Below, piece by piece: positions 19,124 through 30,065 of a DNA stretch of 64,000 bases. A program made the position numbers and the translations under genes. The DNA comes from an uncultured Candidatus Rokubacteria bacterium (GTDB lineage Bacteria > Methylomirabilota > Methylomirabilia > Rokubacteriales > CSP1-6), in contig CAVWWD010000005.1 in assembly GCA_963758635.1 (NCBI GenBank), positions 704,001 through 768,000 on the forward strand, read 5' to 3'. Within the stretch, counting starts at the first letter, position 1. The number at the start of each line of letters is the position of its first letter. The notes beneath the pieces are model-generated. The model searched no databases and had not been told where the DNA came from. It saw nothing but the letters and a program-made list of their open reading frames with translations.

Positions 19124-22100
19124 GACGCCTGCGCCTCGAGCTGGAGCAGCGCGCCCGGAAACTCCGCGAAGAGCCGCCCGACGCGGATGCCAGGCCCCTC
19201 GGCGCCGGACTCGACCTCGATGCGCCGGCCGGTGATCCAGTCGCGATACACGCCCGGAGGCGCGACGTCGGCGAGCGCCACGCGGGTGTCCCGCCACGGG
19301 TCGGGCCCGATCGGAAGCGCGCCGCCGAGGCCCGTCAGGCGCGCGGGCAGGCGCGGCGCGGCCACGATCGCGGCCCGCCCGCCCAGCCGGCGCGCGAAGG
19401 CCACGACGTGCTCGGCGCGCTCACCCTCCGCGGCCAGGGGCCGGTAGTCGCCCGCCACGAACAGCGCGGGCTCGGCGCGACGGAACGCGAGCGCGCGGTG
19501 GACCAGGTGGAGCTTGACGCGGCCGTCCTCCCAGCTCTCGAGGAGCTCCCGGACGAGCGCCGACAGGTCGTCGCCGGCCGCGGCGCTCCGCGCCGTCAGC
19601 TCGTCCAGCATGCGCGCCCGCGCGGCGAAGTCGACGGGCCGCCGGTTGTCCGGATCGACCAGCGAGAGGTCCCACAGCTCGGCGCCCTGGTAGAGATCGG
19701 GGATGCCGGGGGCGCCGAGCTTCAGCAGGGTCTGGGCGAGCCCGGCCACCATGCCGTGCCGGGCGATCCGCGCCTGGAACGGGCGGAACTCGTCCACGAA
19801 CGCGCTGCCCTCGGCGAGCAGGCCCCGGACCCAGTCGCGCGTCGCCTGCTCGTAGGCCGGGTCGGGGTTGATCCACGACGTGTGGACCTTGGCCTCGCGC
19901 GACGCCTTCTCCATGTAGGCGATGATCCGCGCCGTGAAGCCCTCGCGCTCGCGGTCCCAGTCGCCGGTCGGCCACGCCCCGACGAGGGTCTGGTAGAGGA
20001 GGTACTGGTCGTTCCGCGACGGCCCCGCCGGATCCGCGCCGCCGCGACGGGCCCGGCGGCCGAGCGCGCGCCAGCGGCGGAGCCCGGCCTGCCACTCGGC
20101 CGGCGCCTCCGACAGCACGTTGAGGCGCGCGCGCACGTCCTCGCCGCGCTTGGTGTCGTGCGACGTGGTGGCCAGGAGCGACTCCGGCCAGCGAGCGTGC
20201 CGCGCGCGCGTTCCGCTCGTGGAACGCCGCCGGCGACTCGCCGAAGCGTCCCGGATCGCCTCCCACCTCGTTGAGCGACGCCAGGCGGAGGTACACGTAG
20301 AACGCCGTGTCCTCGACGCCCTTGGCCGTCACCGGCCCCGAGGCCTGCTGGAAGCGTCCGACGAACTGCCGCCACGCCTCGCGCGTCGGCGTCGGGCAGG
20401 CCGTCCGGCTGGCGCAGCAGCAGCACGTCGGCGAGGAAGTCGAACACGGACGCGCTCACCACGGTGTTGCGACGCTTGGCCTCGGCGACCGCGCGCTGGA
20501 CCACGTTCCGGTCCTGCGCGCTCGGCTCCGGTCCCTGGTCGCCCACGTAGGTGCGGTACACGGGCAGGCACGCGATGACCTCGCGCACCGCCCGCACCAT
20601 GGCGGGCAGCGTGAAGTCGCGCGAGCGGCGGTTCCGCGCGGCGAGACGCGCCAGGTGCCAGCCGAGCGTGTTCATCTCGCCCGCCATCGTCGTCTGCATG
20701 ATGAGGCGCTTGCCGGCGTACGCCACGTCGGCCCACGGCGGCGTGGGGCCCGACGAAGCGCGTGTAGACGCTCGTCATCTGGCGGGAGGCGCCGCGATCC
20801 ACCCCGAGGCCGCTCACCGAGGCGAGGAAGTCGTAGCCCGTCGTGCCCGCGACCGGCCACCACTCGGGCAGTGGCTCGTCACCGATCAGGATCTTCTCCG
20901 CGGCGATCCAGAGCGGCCGCGCGGCGTCGCCCCCGGCCGCGGCGGCGGCGCGGTGGCGGGCCAGCAGCTCGTCCAGCTGGGCGGGTGGGAGGTCGGGCTC
21001 GAGCCGCCGGGCCACTGCGGCCACCGCCCCCTCCTGGAGCCGCGCGAAGTACTCCGCCGGCGCGTAGAGCCCGTCGGGATGGTCGACGCGCAGCCCGTTC
21101 ACGAGCCCCTCGCCGACCAGGCGGAACACGAGGCGGTGCGCGGCCTCGAACACCTCGGGCGTCTCCATGCGGATCGCGGCCAGGTGGTTCACGTCGAAGA
21201 AGCGCCGGTAGTTCACCTCGTCGCCGGCCACGCGCCAGTCGGCCAGGCGATAGGCCTGGGCACCGAGGAGCGCGTCGAGCAGGTCGAAGGACCGCGGATC
21301 GCCGGCCTGGCCCTGGAACGCGCGGAGGCCGTCGTCCACGAGACCGCGGATCTCGCCGGACTCCTTCACGAGCGCGGCGAGGCGCCGCTTGACGACCTCC
21401 TTCTCGCGAGCGCGCTCCTCGCGCCGCGCCGGGTCGGCCTCGGCGCGACCGGGCAGGTGGTCGAGCGCGGTCAGGACGCTGAGCAGCTCGTCGACATGGG
21501 GGTCGTCGGGCCGCCGCTCGCGCAGGGCGTCGAGGCCGCGGGTCAAGATCCGGGGATAGGTCTCCGGGGCCACGGGCAGCCGGGCGTCGTTCACCCGGAC
21601 GAAGAACGCGCCGTCGGCGAACTCGAGCGCGAGGCCGCCGCCCTCGAGCACCTTGCCGTACTGATCGGGCAGCACGGGGAGCAGCACCGTGTCCAGGAGC
21701 TCGGGCTTCGCCGGCGTCCAGTTGATGTCGAAGAAGCCGGCATACCGCGAGGCGGGTCCGTTCTCGAGCACGTCCATCCACCACGGGTTGGTGTCGCCCA
21801 GCACGCCCATGTGGTTCGGCACCACGTCGAGCACGAGCCCGAGGCCGGCCGCCGCCGCCGCGCGCGCCATCCGCGCGAAGCTGTCGGGGTCGCCCACGTC
21901 GGGATTGAACGAGCCGTGGTCGGTGACGTCGTAGCCGTGGCTCGACCCCGGCCCGCACCGGAAGCAGGGCGACAGGTACACGTCGCTCACGCCGAGCCGG
22001 ACGAGATAGGGGATCAGCGCGGTCACGTCGTCGAAGCGGAGCCCGGAGCCGAGCTGCAGCCGATACGTCGCCCGGCGCTCGCGGCCGAGCGCCTGCCGCG

Positions 22101-22131
22101 TCTGCTCGAGAAGCACGTCGCTCTGGCTCAT
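19120..22131 (-). CDS. treY: Malto-oligosyltrehalose synthase (frameshifts ~20180, ~20380, ~20740)
   Basis: [64 protein letters not shown]. Confidence 0.92.
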
Positions 22132-22158
22132 GTCCGGGACCCCAATGGATTCACGCAA

Positions 22159-22279
22159 GGTGCGGGCGGGCGAAGCCCGGGCGCCCGCACCCGGTGATAG
22201 GGCGGGCGAAGCCCGGGCGCCCGCGCACGCGGGAGAGGCGACGTCAGGTGCGGGCGGGCGAAGCCCGGGCGCCCGCACC
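22159..22279. repeat. Three copies of a REP-like palindrome
   Basis: GGTGCGGGCGGGCGAAGCCCGGGCGCCCGCACC at 22159 and 22247, partial copy at 22200. Confidence 0.85.
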
Positions 22280-22288
22280 ATGGTGATA

Positions 22289-22723
22289 TCAGGCCGGCAG
22301 CGGCTGACCGTCCAGGTCCTCGGCCCGGTCCACGCGAATCAGCACCGCGTAGCCCTTCTTGTCCGGGTCGCGGTCCTTCTCGGGCTGGACCAGCCGCCGC
22401 CAGACCTCCTCGTAGGCCGGACCCGCCTTCTCGATCCGCGCGGTGCCGTAGAAGCGCGCGATGCCGCCCTTCGGGAGCACGCCGGACTCTCGGAGCGCCG
22501 GCTTCCGGAAGAACACCGTGACCTTGGTGCCGTCCTTCAAGTTCGCGCTCGTCGAGCCCTTCCCGCGCTCCCACAGCGCGATGTGCTCGTCGTCGAACAC
22601 CATGGTGCTGCCGCGCGGCGTGACCTGGGCGAAGCCCTCCGGGAGGACGGAGCCGATCAGGCACACGTTCGCGGGAAAGGCCGTGTTGATGTGCTCGTGC
22701 AGGACGCTCGGGATCTTCGCCAC
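22289..22723 (-). CDS. Pyridoxamine 5'-phosphate oxidase-like (split-barrel) protein
   Basis: GTG after GAGGAGGGG; AQVTPRGSTMVFDDEHIALWER. Confidence 0.8.
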   Translation of the reverse strand: MAKIPSVLHEHINTAFPANVCLIGSVLPEGFAQVTPRGSTMVFDDEHIALWERGKGSTSANLKDGTKVTVFFRKPALRESGVLPKGGIARFYGTARIEKAGPAYEEVWRRLVQPEKDRDPDKKGYAVLIRVDRAEDLDGQPLPA

Positions 22724-22740
22724 TGTCCCCTCCTCGGTTG

Positions 22741-23690
22741 TCAGGCGAGCGCCTCGGCGATCGCCACCAGCGCCTCGTACTCCTGCATCCAGTACCGGTG
22801 ATCGCGGAAGTTCGGAAACGCGTGCGGGAACGACGGGTCGTCCCAGCGGCGCGCGATCCAGCCCGACATGTGCACGATGCGCATGGCCCGGAGCATCTCG
22901 CAGAGCTCGAGCGTCGAGCGGTCGAACTCGCGGAACACCTCGTAGCCTTCGAGCAGCTCGTCGCGGGCCCGGCGCGCCTCCTCGGTGTCGCCGCGCGCGA
23001 GGAGCCACAGGTCCTGGACGGGCGGGCCCATCAGGCAGTCGTCGAAGTCCACGAGGACGGGCCCGTCCGACGCCCAGAGGATGTTGCCCCAGTGCAGGTC
23101 GCCGTGGATCCGCTGGACGGGCGCGCCGGCCAGCGCGTCGCGCGCGGCGTCGGCGATGCGCAGCGCGGTGTCGCGGTAGCGCGGCCCGAGCGTGCCCGGG
23201 ATGAAGTCGCCGGCCACGAGCACCTCGACCGGGCGCTCGATGTACGTCGCCACGTCGAGGCGCAGCCGATGGGACGCGGGACGCGCCGCGCCCACCGCGT
23301 GCATGCGGCCGATGGTGCGGCCGATGCGCCGGCGGTTCTCCGCGTCCAGCTCGTCCAGCCAGCGGCCGCGCACCTTGGGGAACGCGGCGTAGTAGATGCC
23401 CTCGCTCTCCGCGAGCGTCGAGCCCGTGCCGAGGTCGATGGGCGCGGCCACCGGCACCTCGGCGGCGGCGAGGTCGGCGAGGAACGCGTGCTCGTCGAGG
23501 ATGGTCTCGCGCGACCACCGGCCCGGCCGGTAGAACTTCACGACGAGTCGGCGCTCGTCCTCCAGCTCCACCTCGTACACGCGGTTCTCGAAGGCGCGCA
23601 GCGGCAGGCAGCGGCCCGTGCTCCTGAGTCCGCCCACCTCCACCGCGCTCAGCACGCGGTCGGGAGTGAGGGCGAAGAACGACGAGCGCG
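22741..23690 (-). CDS. SrkA/RdoA (YihE)-like Ser/Thr kinase; start uncertain
   Basis: LTPDRVLSAVE, FENRVY, VVKFYRPGRWS, RIHGDLHWGN, VDFDD. Confidence 0.88.
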
Positions 23691-23816
23691 ACGCCTCGGG
23701 CGCCTCGGGGGGGCGGGCGGCGACGTCCGGGAGCCGGCGGTTGCCGTCGGGGAGTCGGCGGTTGCCGTCGACCGGGCGCCCGGCCGCGGGCCGGCGCGGA
23801 GGACGGCCCGGGCTGG

Positions 23817-26705
23817 CTATGACCGGCCGGCCTCGCTCGCGCTCAGGCCCTCCACGGCGTCGCGCAGGACCTCGGCGGGATGCCGGGCGCGGCGCCCGGC
23901 GAGGTGCTCGATCTGCTGGCGGCAGGAGATGCCCGGCGCCACCACCTCGGTGTCGGCGGTCGCCGCCTTCACGGCGGGCGCGAGACGGCGATTGCCGAGC
24001 GACACGGAGATGTCGTAGTGCTCGCGCTCGAAGCCGAAGGAGCCGGCCATGCCGCAGCAGCCCGAATCGACCTCGCTCACCTCGAAGCCCGCCCACGCGA
24101 GCGCGGCCACGGTCGGCGCGGTGCCGGCGATGGCCTTCTGGTGGCAGTGGCCGTGGAGGAGCGCGCGGCGCTTTCCCGGCTTCCACGAGATGACGAGGCC
24201 CCGCGCCCGCTCGCGCATCAGGAACTCTTCCAGGAGGAAGCTCGAGCCGGCCACCGCGCGCGCCTCGTCGGTGCGGAGGAGGTCCACGTACTCGTCGCGG
24301 AGCGTGAGCAGGCACGACGGCTCGAGCCCCACCACGGCCGCGCCTCCGGCCACGAGCGGGGCAAGCCGGGCCACGTTCCACGCGGCGTTGGCCTTGGCCT
24401 CGCCGAGCATGCCCTTCGAGATCATGGGCCGCCCGCAGCACTTCCGGTCGACCAGCTCCACCCGGTAGCCCGCCGCCTCCAGCAATTCCACCGCGGCCCG
24501 CCCGACGTGGGGCGTGTTGTAGGTCACGAAGGTGTCGTTGAAGAGCACCACGCGCCCGCGCGGCGCCGCGGCCGGGGCGCGGCGGCGATCGAACCAGTCG
24601 GTGAAGGTCTCGCGGGCGAACGGGGGCAGCGGACGGCGCCGGTCCACGCCCACCATCCGCTCCATGAGCCACCGGTTGGGCGCGGACGCGGCGATCCAGT
24701 TCGAGAGCGGCGCCAGCCGCGAGCCCCACCACGAGAGCGTGCCGATCCGGCCGAACAGCCGGTTGCGGAGCGGCAGCCCGTTGGCCTGGTAGTAGTGGTG
24801 GAGGAACTCGTACTTGAGCTTCGCCATGTCCACGTTCGACGGGCACTCCGCCTTGCAGCCCTTGCACTCGAGGCAGAGGTCCATGACCTCGAAGAGCCGC
24901 TTGCCCGCGAACTCGGCCTGCGGCACGCGGCCGGAGAGCACGGCGCGGAGCGCGTTGGCGCGGCCGCGCGTGGAGTGCTCCTCGTCCCTCGTCGCCATGT
25001 ACGAGGGGCACATGGTGCCCTCGAGCTTCTTCCGGCACACGCCCACGCCGTTGCAGTTCTCCACGGCGCGGGCGAACCCGCCCTGGTCGGAGAAGTCGAG
25101 CAGCGTCGTCGGCTCCCACGTCGTGTACGAGGCGCCGTACCGGAGGTTCTCCGTCACCCCCGGGCTGTCCACGAGGTTCCCCGGGTTCATGCGGTTCTTC
25201 GGGTCGAAGGCCGACTTGAACTCGCGGAAGGCCTGGAACAGCGTGGGGCCGAACACGCGCTCGAGGAACGGGCTCCGCGCCCGCCCGTCGCCGTGCTCGC
25301 TGGAGATGGCGCCGCCGTACTCGAGCACGAGGTCGAAGATCTCGTCGGCCACCGCGCGCACCTGCTCGAGGCCCCGCGTCGTCTTGAGGTCGATCACGGG
25401 ACGGATGTGGATGCAGCCCACCGAGCAGTGCCCGTAGTACGCCCCCTCCGCCCCGTGCTTCAGCATGATCTCGCGGAAGCGTGGCACGAACGTGGCGAGG
25501 TGCTTGGGATCGACCGCGGTGTCCTCGACGAAGGCGATGGGCTTGGCGTCGCCCTTGACCCCGAACAGGAGCCCGAGGCCCGCCTTCCGGAGCTTCCAGA
25601 TCGACTGCTGCTCCGCGGGGTCGAGGGCCTGGGTGGCCGCGTAGCCCCACTTCTCGCGGGCGCGGCGCGCCTCCAGGGCCTCGACCTTCGCGCGGACCTC
25701 GTCGTCGGTGTCGCCCGCGTATTCCACGATGAGGATGGCCGCGGGATCGCCCTGGACGAAGCCCATGCGCTGGCGGTGCTCGATGTTGTTCCGCGCGAGG
25801 TCGAGGATCATCTTGTCGGTGAGCTCGACCGCGTAGGCGTCGGTCTCCAGGATGGACTGCGAGGACTCGAGCGCCTCCTGCATGTCGTGGTAGTGGATGA
25901 CGTCGAGCGCGGTCCTCTTCGGCCGGCGCACCAGCCGCATCTTCGCCTCGACCACGGTGAGGAGCGTGCCCTCGGAGCCCACGATGAGCCGCGCCATGTT
26001 GAGGGGCCGGTCCTTCACGAGCTCGTCCAGGTTGTAGCCGCACACCCGGCGCCAGTGCTTCGGATACCCGGTGCGGATGTCCGCGCGGTAGCGCTCGCGG
26101 ATGCGGTCCACCTCGCGGTAGATCTGCCCCTCGAGCCCGGGCAGGCGCATCTTGGCCCGGAACTCGTCGGGCGTCACCTCGCCGAACACGGCGGCGCTGC
26201 CGTCGGAGAGCAGCGTCGTGATCTCGATGACGTGCTCCACGGTCAGCCCGTAGGCGATCGAGTGCGAGCCGCCCGAGTTGTTGCCGAGCATGCCGCCGAT
26301 GGTGGCGCGGTCCGAGGTGGAGGTGTCGGGGCCGAAGAGCAGGCCCTGGGGCCGGACGTGGCGGTTCAGCTCGTCCTGCACCGCGCCGGGCTGGACGCGC
26401 GTCCACAGCTCCTCCTCGTTCACCTCGAGCACCTGGTTCATGTAGCGGGAGAAGTCGAGGACGACCGCGCGGTTCACGGTCTGCCCGGTGAGCGAGGTGC
26501 CGCCGCCGCGCGGGAGCACGGGCACGTTCTGGCGGTTGGCGACCTCGATCACCGCCTGCACGTCGCCGGCGTGGCGCGGGATGACCACGCCGATCGGCTC
26601 CATCTGGTACATCGACGCGTCGGTGGAGTACAGGAGCTGGGAGAAGCGGTCGAACCGGACGTCGCCCTCGACGACCCGGCGCAGCTCGTGCTCGAGATCG
26701 TTCAT
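23817..26705 (-). CDS. FAD-binding/(Fe-S) oxidoreductase (GlcD-GlcF fusion, YdiJ-like)
   Basis: PRGGGTSLTGQ, GSEGTL, SSEHGDG, CNGVGVC, CLECKGCKAECP, CCG domains. Confidence 0.93.
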   Translation of the reverse strand: MNDLEHELRRVVEGDVRFDRFSQLLYSTDASMYQMEPIGVVIPRHAGDVQAVIEVANRQNVPVLPRGGGTSLTGQTVNRAVVLDFSRYMNQVLEVNEEELWTRVQPGAVQDELNRHVRPQGLLFGPDTSTSDRATIGGMLGNNSGGSHSIAYGLTVEHVIEITTLLSDGSAAVFGEVTPDEFRAKMRLPGLEGQIYREVDRIRERYRADIRTGYPKHWRRVCGYNLDELVKDRPLNMARLIVGSEGTLLTVVEAKMRLVRRPKRTALDVIHYHDMQEALESSQSILETDAYAVELTDKMILDLARNNIEHRQRMGFVQGDPAAILIVEYAGDTDDEVRAKVEALEARRAREKWGYAATQALDPAEQQSIWKLRKAGLGLLFGVKGDAKPIAFVEDTAVDPKHLATFVPRFREIMLKHGAEGAYYGHCSVGCIHIRPVIDLKTTRGLEQVRAVADEIFDLVLEYGGAISSEHGDGRARSPFLERVFGPTLFQAFREFKSAFDPKNRMNPGNLVDSPGVTENLRYGASYTTWEPTTLLDFSDQGGFARAVENCNGVGVCRKKLEGTMCPSYMATRDEEHSTRGRANALRAVLSGRVPQAEFAGKRLFEVMDLCLECKGCKAECPSNVDMAKLKYEFLHHYYQANGLPLRNRLFGRIGTLSWWGSRLAPLSNWIAASAPNRWLMERMVGVDRRRPLPPFARETFTDWFDRRRAPAAAPRGRVVLFNDTFVTYNTPHVGRAAVELLEAAGYRVELVDRKCCGRPMISKGMLGEAKANAAWNVARLAPLVAGGAAVVGLEPSCLLTLRDEYVDLLRTDEARAVAGSSFLLEEFLMRERARGLVISWKPGKRRALLHGHCHQKAIAGTAPTVAALAWAGFEVSEVDSGCCGMAGSFGFEREHYDISVSLGNRRLAPAVKAATADTEVVAPGISCRQQIEHLAGRRARHPAEVLRDAVEGLSASEAGRS

Positions 26706-26729
26706 CGCGGGGCGAATTATACTATGCGC

Positions 26730-27251
26730 ATGCGCGCGGCCATCGTCGCCTTCGCCGTCCTGACGCTCGCCGCCCCCGCCGCGGCCGCGCCCGCGGCGCC
26801 GGCGGTGAACGTCAAGCTCCTCAACGGCGGCGAGCCGTTCGACTCCCGGACCCTCCTCGGCAAGAAGGCGCTGGTCCTCCGTTTCCAGGCGTCGTGGTGC
26901 AAGGTGTGCGCCGCGGAGGCGGACGGGCTGGAGCGCGTCTACCAGGCCTACCGCGATCGCGACGTGGAGTTCCTCGCCGTCCACATCCAGGACACCGAGG
27001 CCGACGCCCGCCGGTTCCTCACGGAGCACCACGCCACCTACCCCGCCGGCCTGGACCCGCGCCTGCGCATCGCCAACCGCTTCGGCTTCCGCGGCACGCC
27101 GTACACCGTGGTGGTCGACCGGCGAGGCGAGATGGTGGCCCGCATCCACGGCTCCGCCGACGAGACGCGGATCACGCGCACGCTGGACGCCGTCCTCAAG
27201 CCGAAGCCGGCCCGGAAGCCCCCGCCGAAGCGCCTGCAGCGCCTGCAATGA
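26730..27251 (+). CDS. TlpA/ResA-like exported thiol-disulfide oxidoreductase
   Basis: Signal peptide; ASWCKVC; GTPYTVVVDRRG; start 26724 or 26730. Confidence 0.88.
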   Translation: MRAAIVAFAVLTLAAPAAAAPAAPAVNVKLLNGGEPFDSRTLLGKKALVLRFQASWCKVCAAEADGLERVYQAYRDRDVEFLAVHIQDTEADARRFLTEHHATYPAGLDPRLRIANRFGFRGTPYTVVVDRRGEMVARIHGSADETRITRTLDAVLKPKPARKPPPKRLQRLQ

Positions 27252-27315
27252 GTCGACCAGCGTCCACATTCAGACACACTTGTCGACCGGGGGAATCGCT
27301 CGTAGGCTCCGCTCC

Positions 27316-27669
27316 ATGAGCGTCACGCACGTCAATGGCATCGTCAGCCGCAGTGGCCGCCGGTCCGTTTCCGTGCGCTTCCTGGTCGACACCGGCGCCG
27401 TATACACCGTCCTTCCCGAGGCGGTCTGGCGTCGCGTCGGACTTCGGGCCGAGCGGACGATCGAGTTCGGGATGGCTGACGGGACGACCATTGCCCGGGG
27501 AGTCTCCGAGGCACGCATCTCCGTCGGCGGACGGACCGCCACGTCACCCGTTGTACTTGGAGCGGCCAACGACGCCCTGCTGCTGGGCGCGGTCACGCTC
27601 GAGACGCTCGGTCTCATGGTCAATCCGCTGAGCCGCGAGTTGCTGCCGGTGCGCCTCTTGCCCATTTGA
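27316..27669 (+). CDS. Clan AA (retropepsin-like) aspartic protease
   Basis: FLVDTGAVYT; LLGAVTLETLGL. Confidence 0.88.
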   Translation: MSVTHVNGIVSRSGRRSVSVRFLVDTGAVYTVLPEAVWRRVGLRAERTIEFGMADGTTIARGVSEARISVGGRTATSPVVLGAANDALLLGAVTLETLGLMVNPLSRELLPVRLLPI

Positions 27670-27731
27670 TCCAAGATCTTCCCGCGGCCCCGGAGTTTGC
27701 GGCGGGGCGGCGTCTGGGGTAAGTACATCGC

Positions 27732-28529
27732 GTGCCCGCCGCCGGCCTGCTCCCGAAGGTCTCCATCCGCGAGCTCAGCGTCACCTACGCGGCCCGCGGG
27801 CGGAGCGTGACCGCGCTCGATCGCATCTCCCTCGACGTGCAGGCCGGGGAGTTCCTCTGCCTGGTCGGCCCGTCGGGCTGCGGCAAGTCCACGCTGCTGC
27901 GCGTCTGCGCGGGGCTGGCGCGCCAGTACACGGGCCACGCCGAGATCCGCGCCGAGCGGCCCGGCGCGCCGCTCACCGCCATGGTGTTCCAGGACCACGC
28001 GCTGCTGCCGTGGCGCACCGTGCAGGCCAACGTGGAGTTCGGCCCGGAGAACCGCGGCGTGCCCCGCGCGGAGCGCCAGGCCCGGGCGCGCGAGATGCTC
28101 GCGCTGGTCGGGCTCGGGGGGTTCGCCGACGCGTACCCGCACCAGCTCTCGGGCGGCATGCGGCAGCGGGTGGGCATCGCCCGCGCCCTCGCCAACGACC
28201 CCGAGGTGCTGCTCATGGACGAGCCGCTCGCCGCGCTCGACGCGCAGACGCGCGCGATCCTGCAGGAGGAGCTGCTCCGGATCTGGTCGGGGCTGGGAAA
28301 GACGGTCATCTACGTCACCCACTCCCTCGAGGAGGCGTTGCTCCTGGGCGACCGCATCGTGCTGATGACGGCGCGGCCCGGGCGCGTGAAGCAGATCTTC
28401 CCCGTCCCGCTGGGACGCCCGCGCGGCCTGGAGGCGCGGTCCTCTCCCGAGTTCGGCGCGCTGTTCGAGAAGGTGTGGGCCGACCTGCGCGAGGAGGTGG
28501 TACGGGCCTCGAGCGAGGCCGCGCCGTGA
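27732..28529 (+). CDS. ABC transporter ATP-binding protein (NitT/TauT type)
   Basis: [19 protein letters not shown]. Confidence 0.93.
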   Translation: MPAAGLLPKVSIRELSVTYAARGRSVTALDRISLDVQAGEFLCLVGPSGCGKSTLLRVCAGLARQYTGHAEIRAERPGAPLTAMVFQDHALLPWRTVQANVEFGPENRGVPRAERQARAREMLALVGLGGFADAYPHQLSGGMRQRVGIARALANDPEVLLMDEPLAALDAQTRAILQEELLRIWSGLGKTVIYVTHSLEEALLLGDRIVLMTARPGRVKQIFPVPLGRPRGLEARSSPEFGALFEKVWADLREEVVRASSEAAP

Positions 28530-29308
28530 GGCGGGCCGGCGGCCGGGGCGCGCGCGTCGCGCTGGCGCTTGCCCTGCCCGCGCTCGCGCTCGTCCTCTGG
28601 GAGGCGGCCGGCGCGGCGGGACTCGTCCGCCCCGCTTTCTTCCCGCGCCCCTCGGTGGTGGCGGGCCACGCGGTGACGCTGGCCGCCGACGGCACGCTGG
28701 CCGGTCACGCGTGGATCACGCTGGGCCGAGTGGGCGCGGCGTTCCTCCTCGCCGCCGTTCCCGGCGTGGCCGTGGGCATGGCCATGGGCATGTCGGGGGC
28801 GGCGCGAAGGGGCCTCGATCCCGTCTTCGCCGTCGTCTATCCGATCCCGAGCATCCTCTTCCTGCCGCTCCTGTCCTTCGTCGTCCGCTCGAGCGAGCCC
28901 GCCCTCGTCCTCACGAGCGCGGTGACCTCGTTCTTCCTCGTGGCGTACACGACGATGACGGGCGTGCACCAGGTGGACCGGTCGATCGTGGAGGCGGCCA
29001 CGCACTACGGGGCCCGAGGCGCGGCGCTCGTCGCGAAGGTCCTGCTGCCCGCGGCGGCGCCGGCGATCCTCACCGGGCTCCGGCTCGGTCTCGGCTACAC
29101 GCTGATCGTGGTGATCGCCACCGAGATGGTGAGCGCGACGAGCGGGCTCGGCTCGTTCCTCTGGCTCTCCTGGCAGGTCCTCAAGGTGGAGGACATGTAC
29201 GTGGCGCTCGCCGCCATCGCCGCCCTGGGCGCGCTCTCGAACTGGGCGCTGGCCGCGCTCCGCGCGCGCGTGCTCCCGTGGGCGCGCGACGCCGCGGAGG
29301 CCGCCTGA
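28526..29308 (+). CDS. ABC transporter permease (NitT/TauT type)
   Basis: Hydrophobic; EAATHYGA loop; GTGA overlap with upstream gene. Confidence 0.88.
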   Translation: MRRAGGRGARVALALALPALALVLWEAAGAAGLVRPAFFPRPSVVAGHAVTLAADGTLAGHAWITLGRVGAAFLLAAVPGVAVGMAMGMSGAARRGLDPVFAVVYPIPSILFLPLLSFVVRSSEPALVLTSAVTSFFLVAYTTMTGVHQVDRSIVEAATHYGARGAALVAKVLLPAAAPAILTGLRLGLGYTLIVVIATEMVSATSGLGSFLWLSWQVLKVEDMYVALAAIAALGALSNWALAALRARVLPWARDAAEAA

Positions 29309-30051
29309 TGGCCGCGGCGCTGCCGCTCGCCCTCCTCGCCGTCTGGGAGGCCGCCTCGCGGCTGGCGTGGCTCTCGCCCCGCTACTTCCCCGCGCCGAGC
29401 ATCATCGCGGCGACCCTGGCGCAGGGGCTCGCCGGCGGCGCCCTCTGGGCCGACGTGGGCGTCACGCTCGGGCGCCTCGGCGCGGCCTTCGCGCTCGCCG
29501 CCGCCCTCGCCGTGCCGCTCGGTCTCGGCATGGGCCTCTGGCGGCCGCTGCGCGCGCTCCTCGAGGCGCCGGTGGCGCTCCTCTATCCCCTGCCGAAGAT
29601 CGCGCTGCTCCCGCTGTTCCTCGTGGCGCTCGGCGTGGGCGAGCCGGCCTTCGTGCTCACCGGCGCGGTCACCGCGTTCTTCCAGATCCTGATCAGCACC
29701 GCCGCGGGCGTCCGCGCGGTGGACCCGACGCTGATCGAGGTGGGCAAGAGCTACGGCGCGGGCCCGCTGGCCCTCTTCGGCAAGGTGCTGCTGCCCGCCG
29801 CGCTCCCCGCCATCCTGACCGGCTTGCGGCTCGGCCTGGGGCTGGCGCTCATCACGGTGATCGCAGTAGAGTTCGTCACGGCCAAGAGCGGCCTCGGCCA
29901 CCTGGTGTTCCGCCAGTGGCAGATGCTGCTCACGGCGGAGATGTTCGCGGGCCTCGCGGTGATCGGGGCGATCGGGCTCACGCTCACCCGGGGCCTGCGC
30001 GCGGTGCAGCAGCGCGCGCTGGCCTGGCAGGACGACGCCGGCTGGCGATGA
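29308..30051 (+). CDS. ABC transporter permease (NitT/TauT type)
   Basis: YPLPKIALLPLF; EVGKSYGA; TGATG coupling. Confidence 0.9.
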   Translation: MAAALPLALLAVWEAASRLAWLSPRYFPAPSIIAATLAQGLAGGALWADVGVTLGRLGAAFALAAALAVPLGLGMGLWRPLRALLEAPVALLYPLPKIALLPLFLVALGVGEPAFVLTGAVTAFFQILISTAAGVRAVDPTLIEVGKSYGAGPLALFGKVLLPAALPAILTGLRLGLGLALITVIAVEFVTAKSGLGHLVFRQWQMLLTAEMFAGLAVIGAIGLTLTRGLRAVQQRALAWQDDAGWR

Positions 30052-30065
30052 ACCAGGGAGACTCC

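Noticed and set aside
14840..19297. Apparent 1485-aa GlgX-TreZ fusion
   Set aside because: Artefact of the glgX frameshift; glgX has its own stop at 16912 overlapping the treZ ATG
23880..26720. 1123-aa plus-strand ORF and many other long Arg/Gly/Ala-rich ORFs (e.g. 33772..36465, 12294..15251, 7683..10961)
   Set aside because: Antisense or off-frame shadows of real genes in high-GC DNA; only the last ~175 aa of 23880..27251 is a real protein
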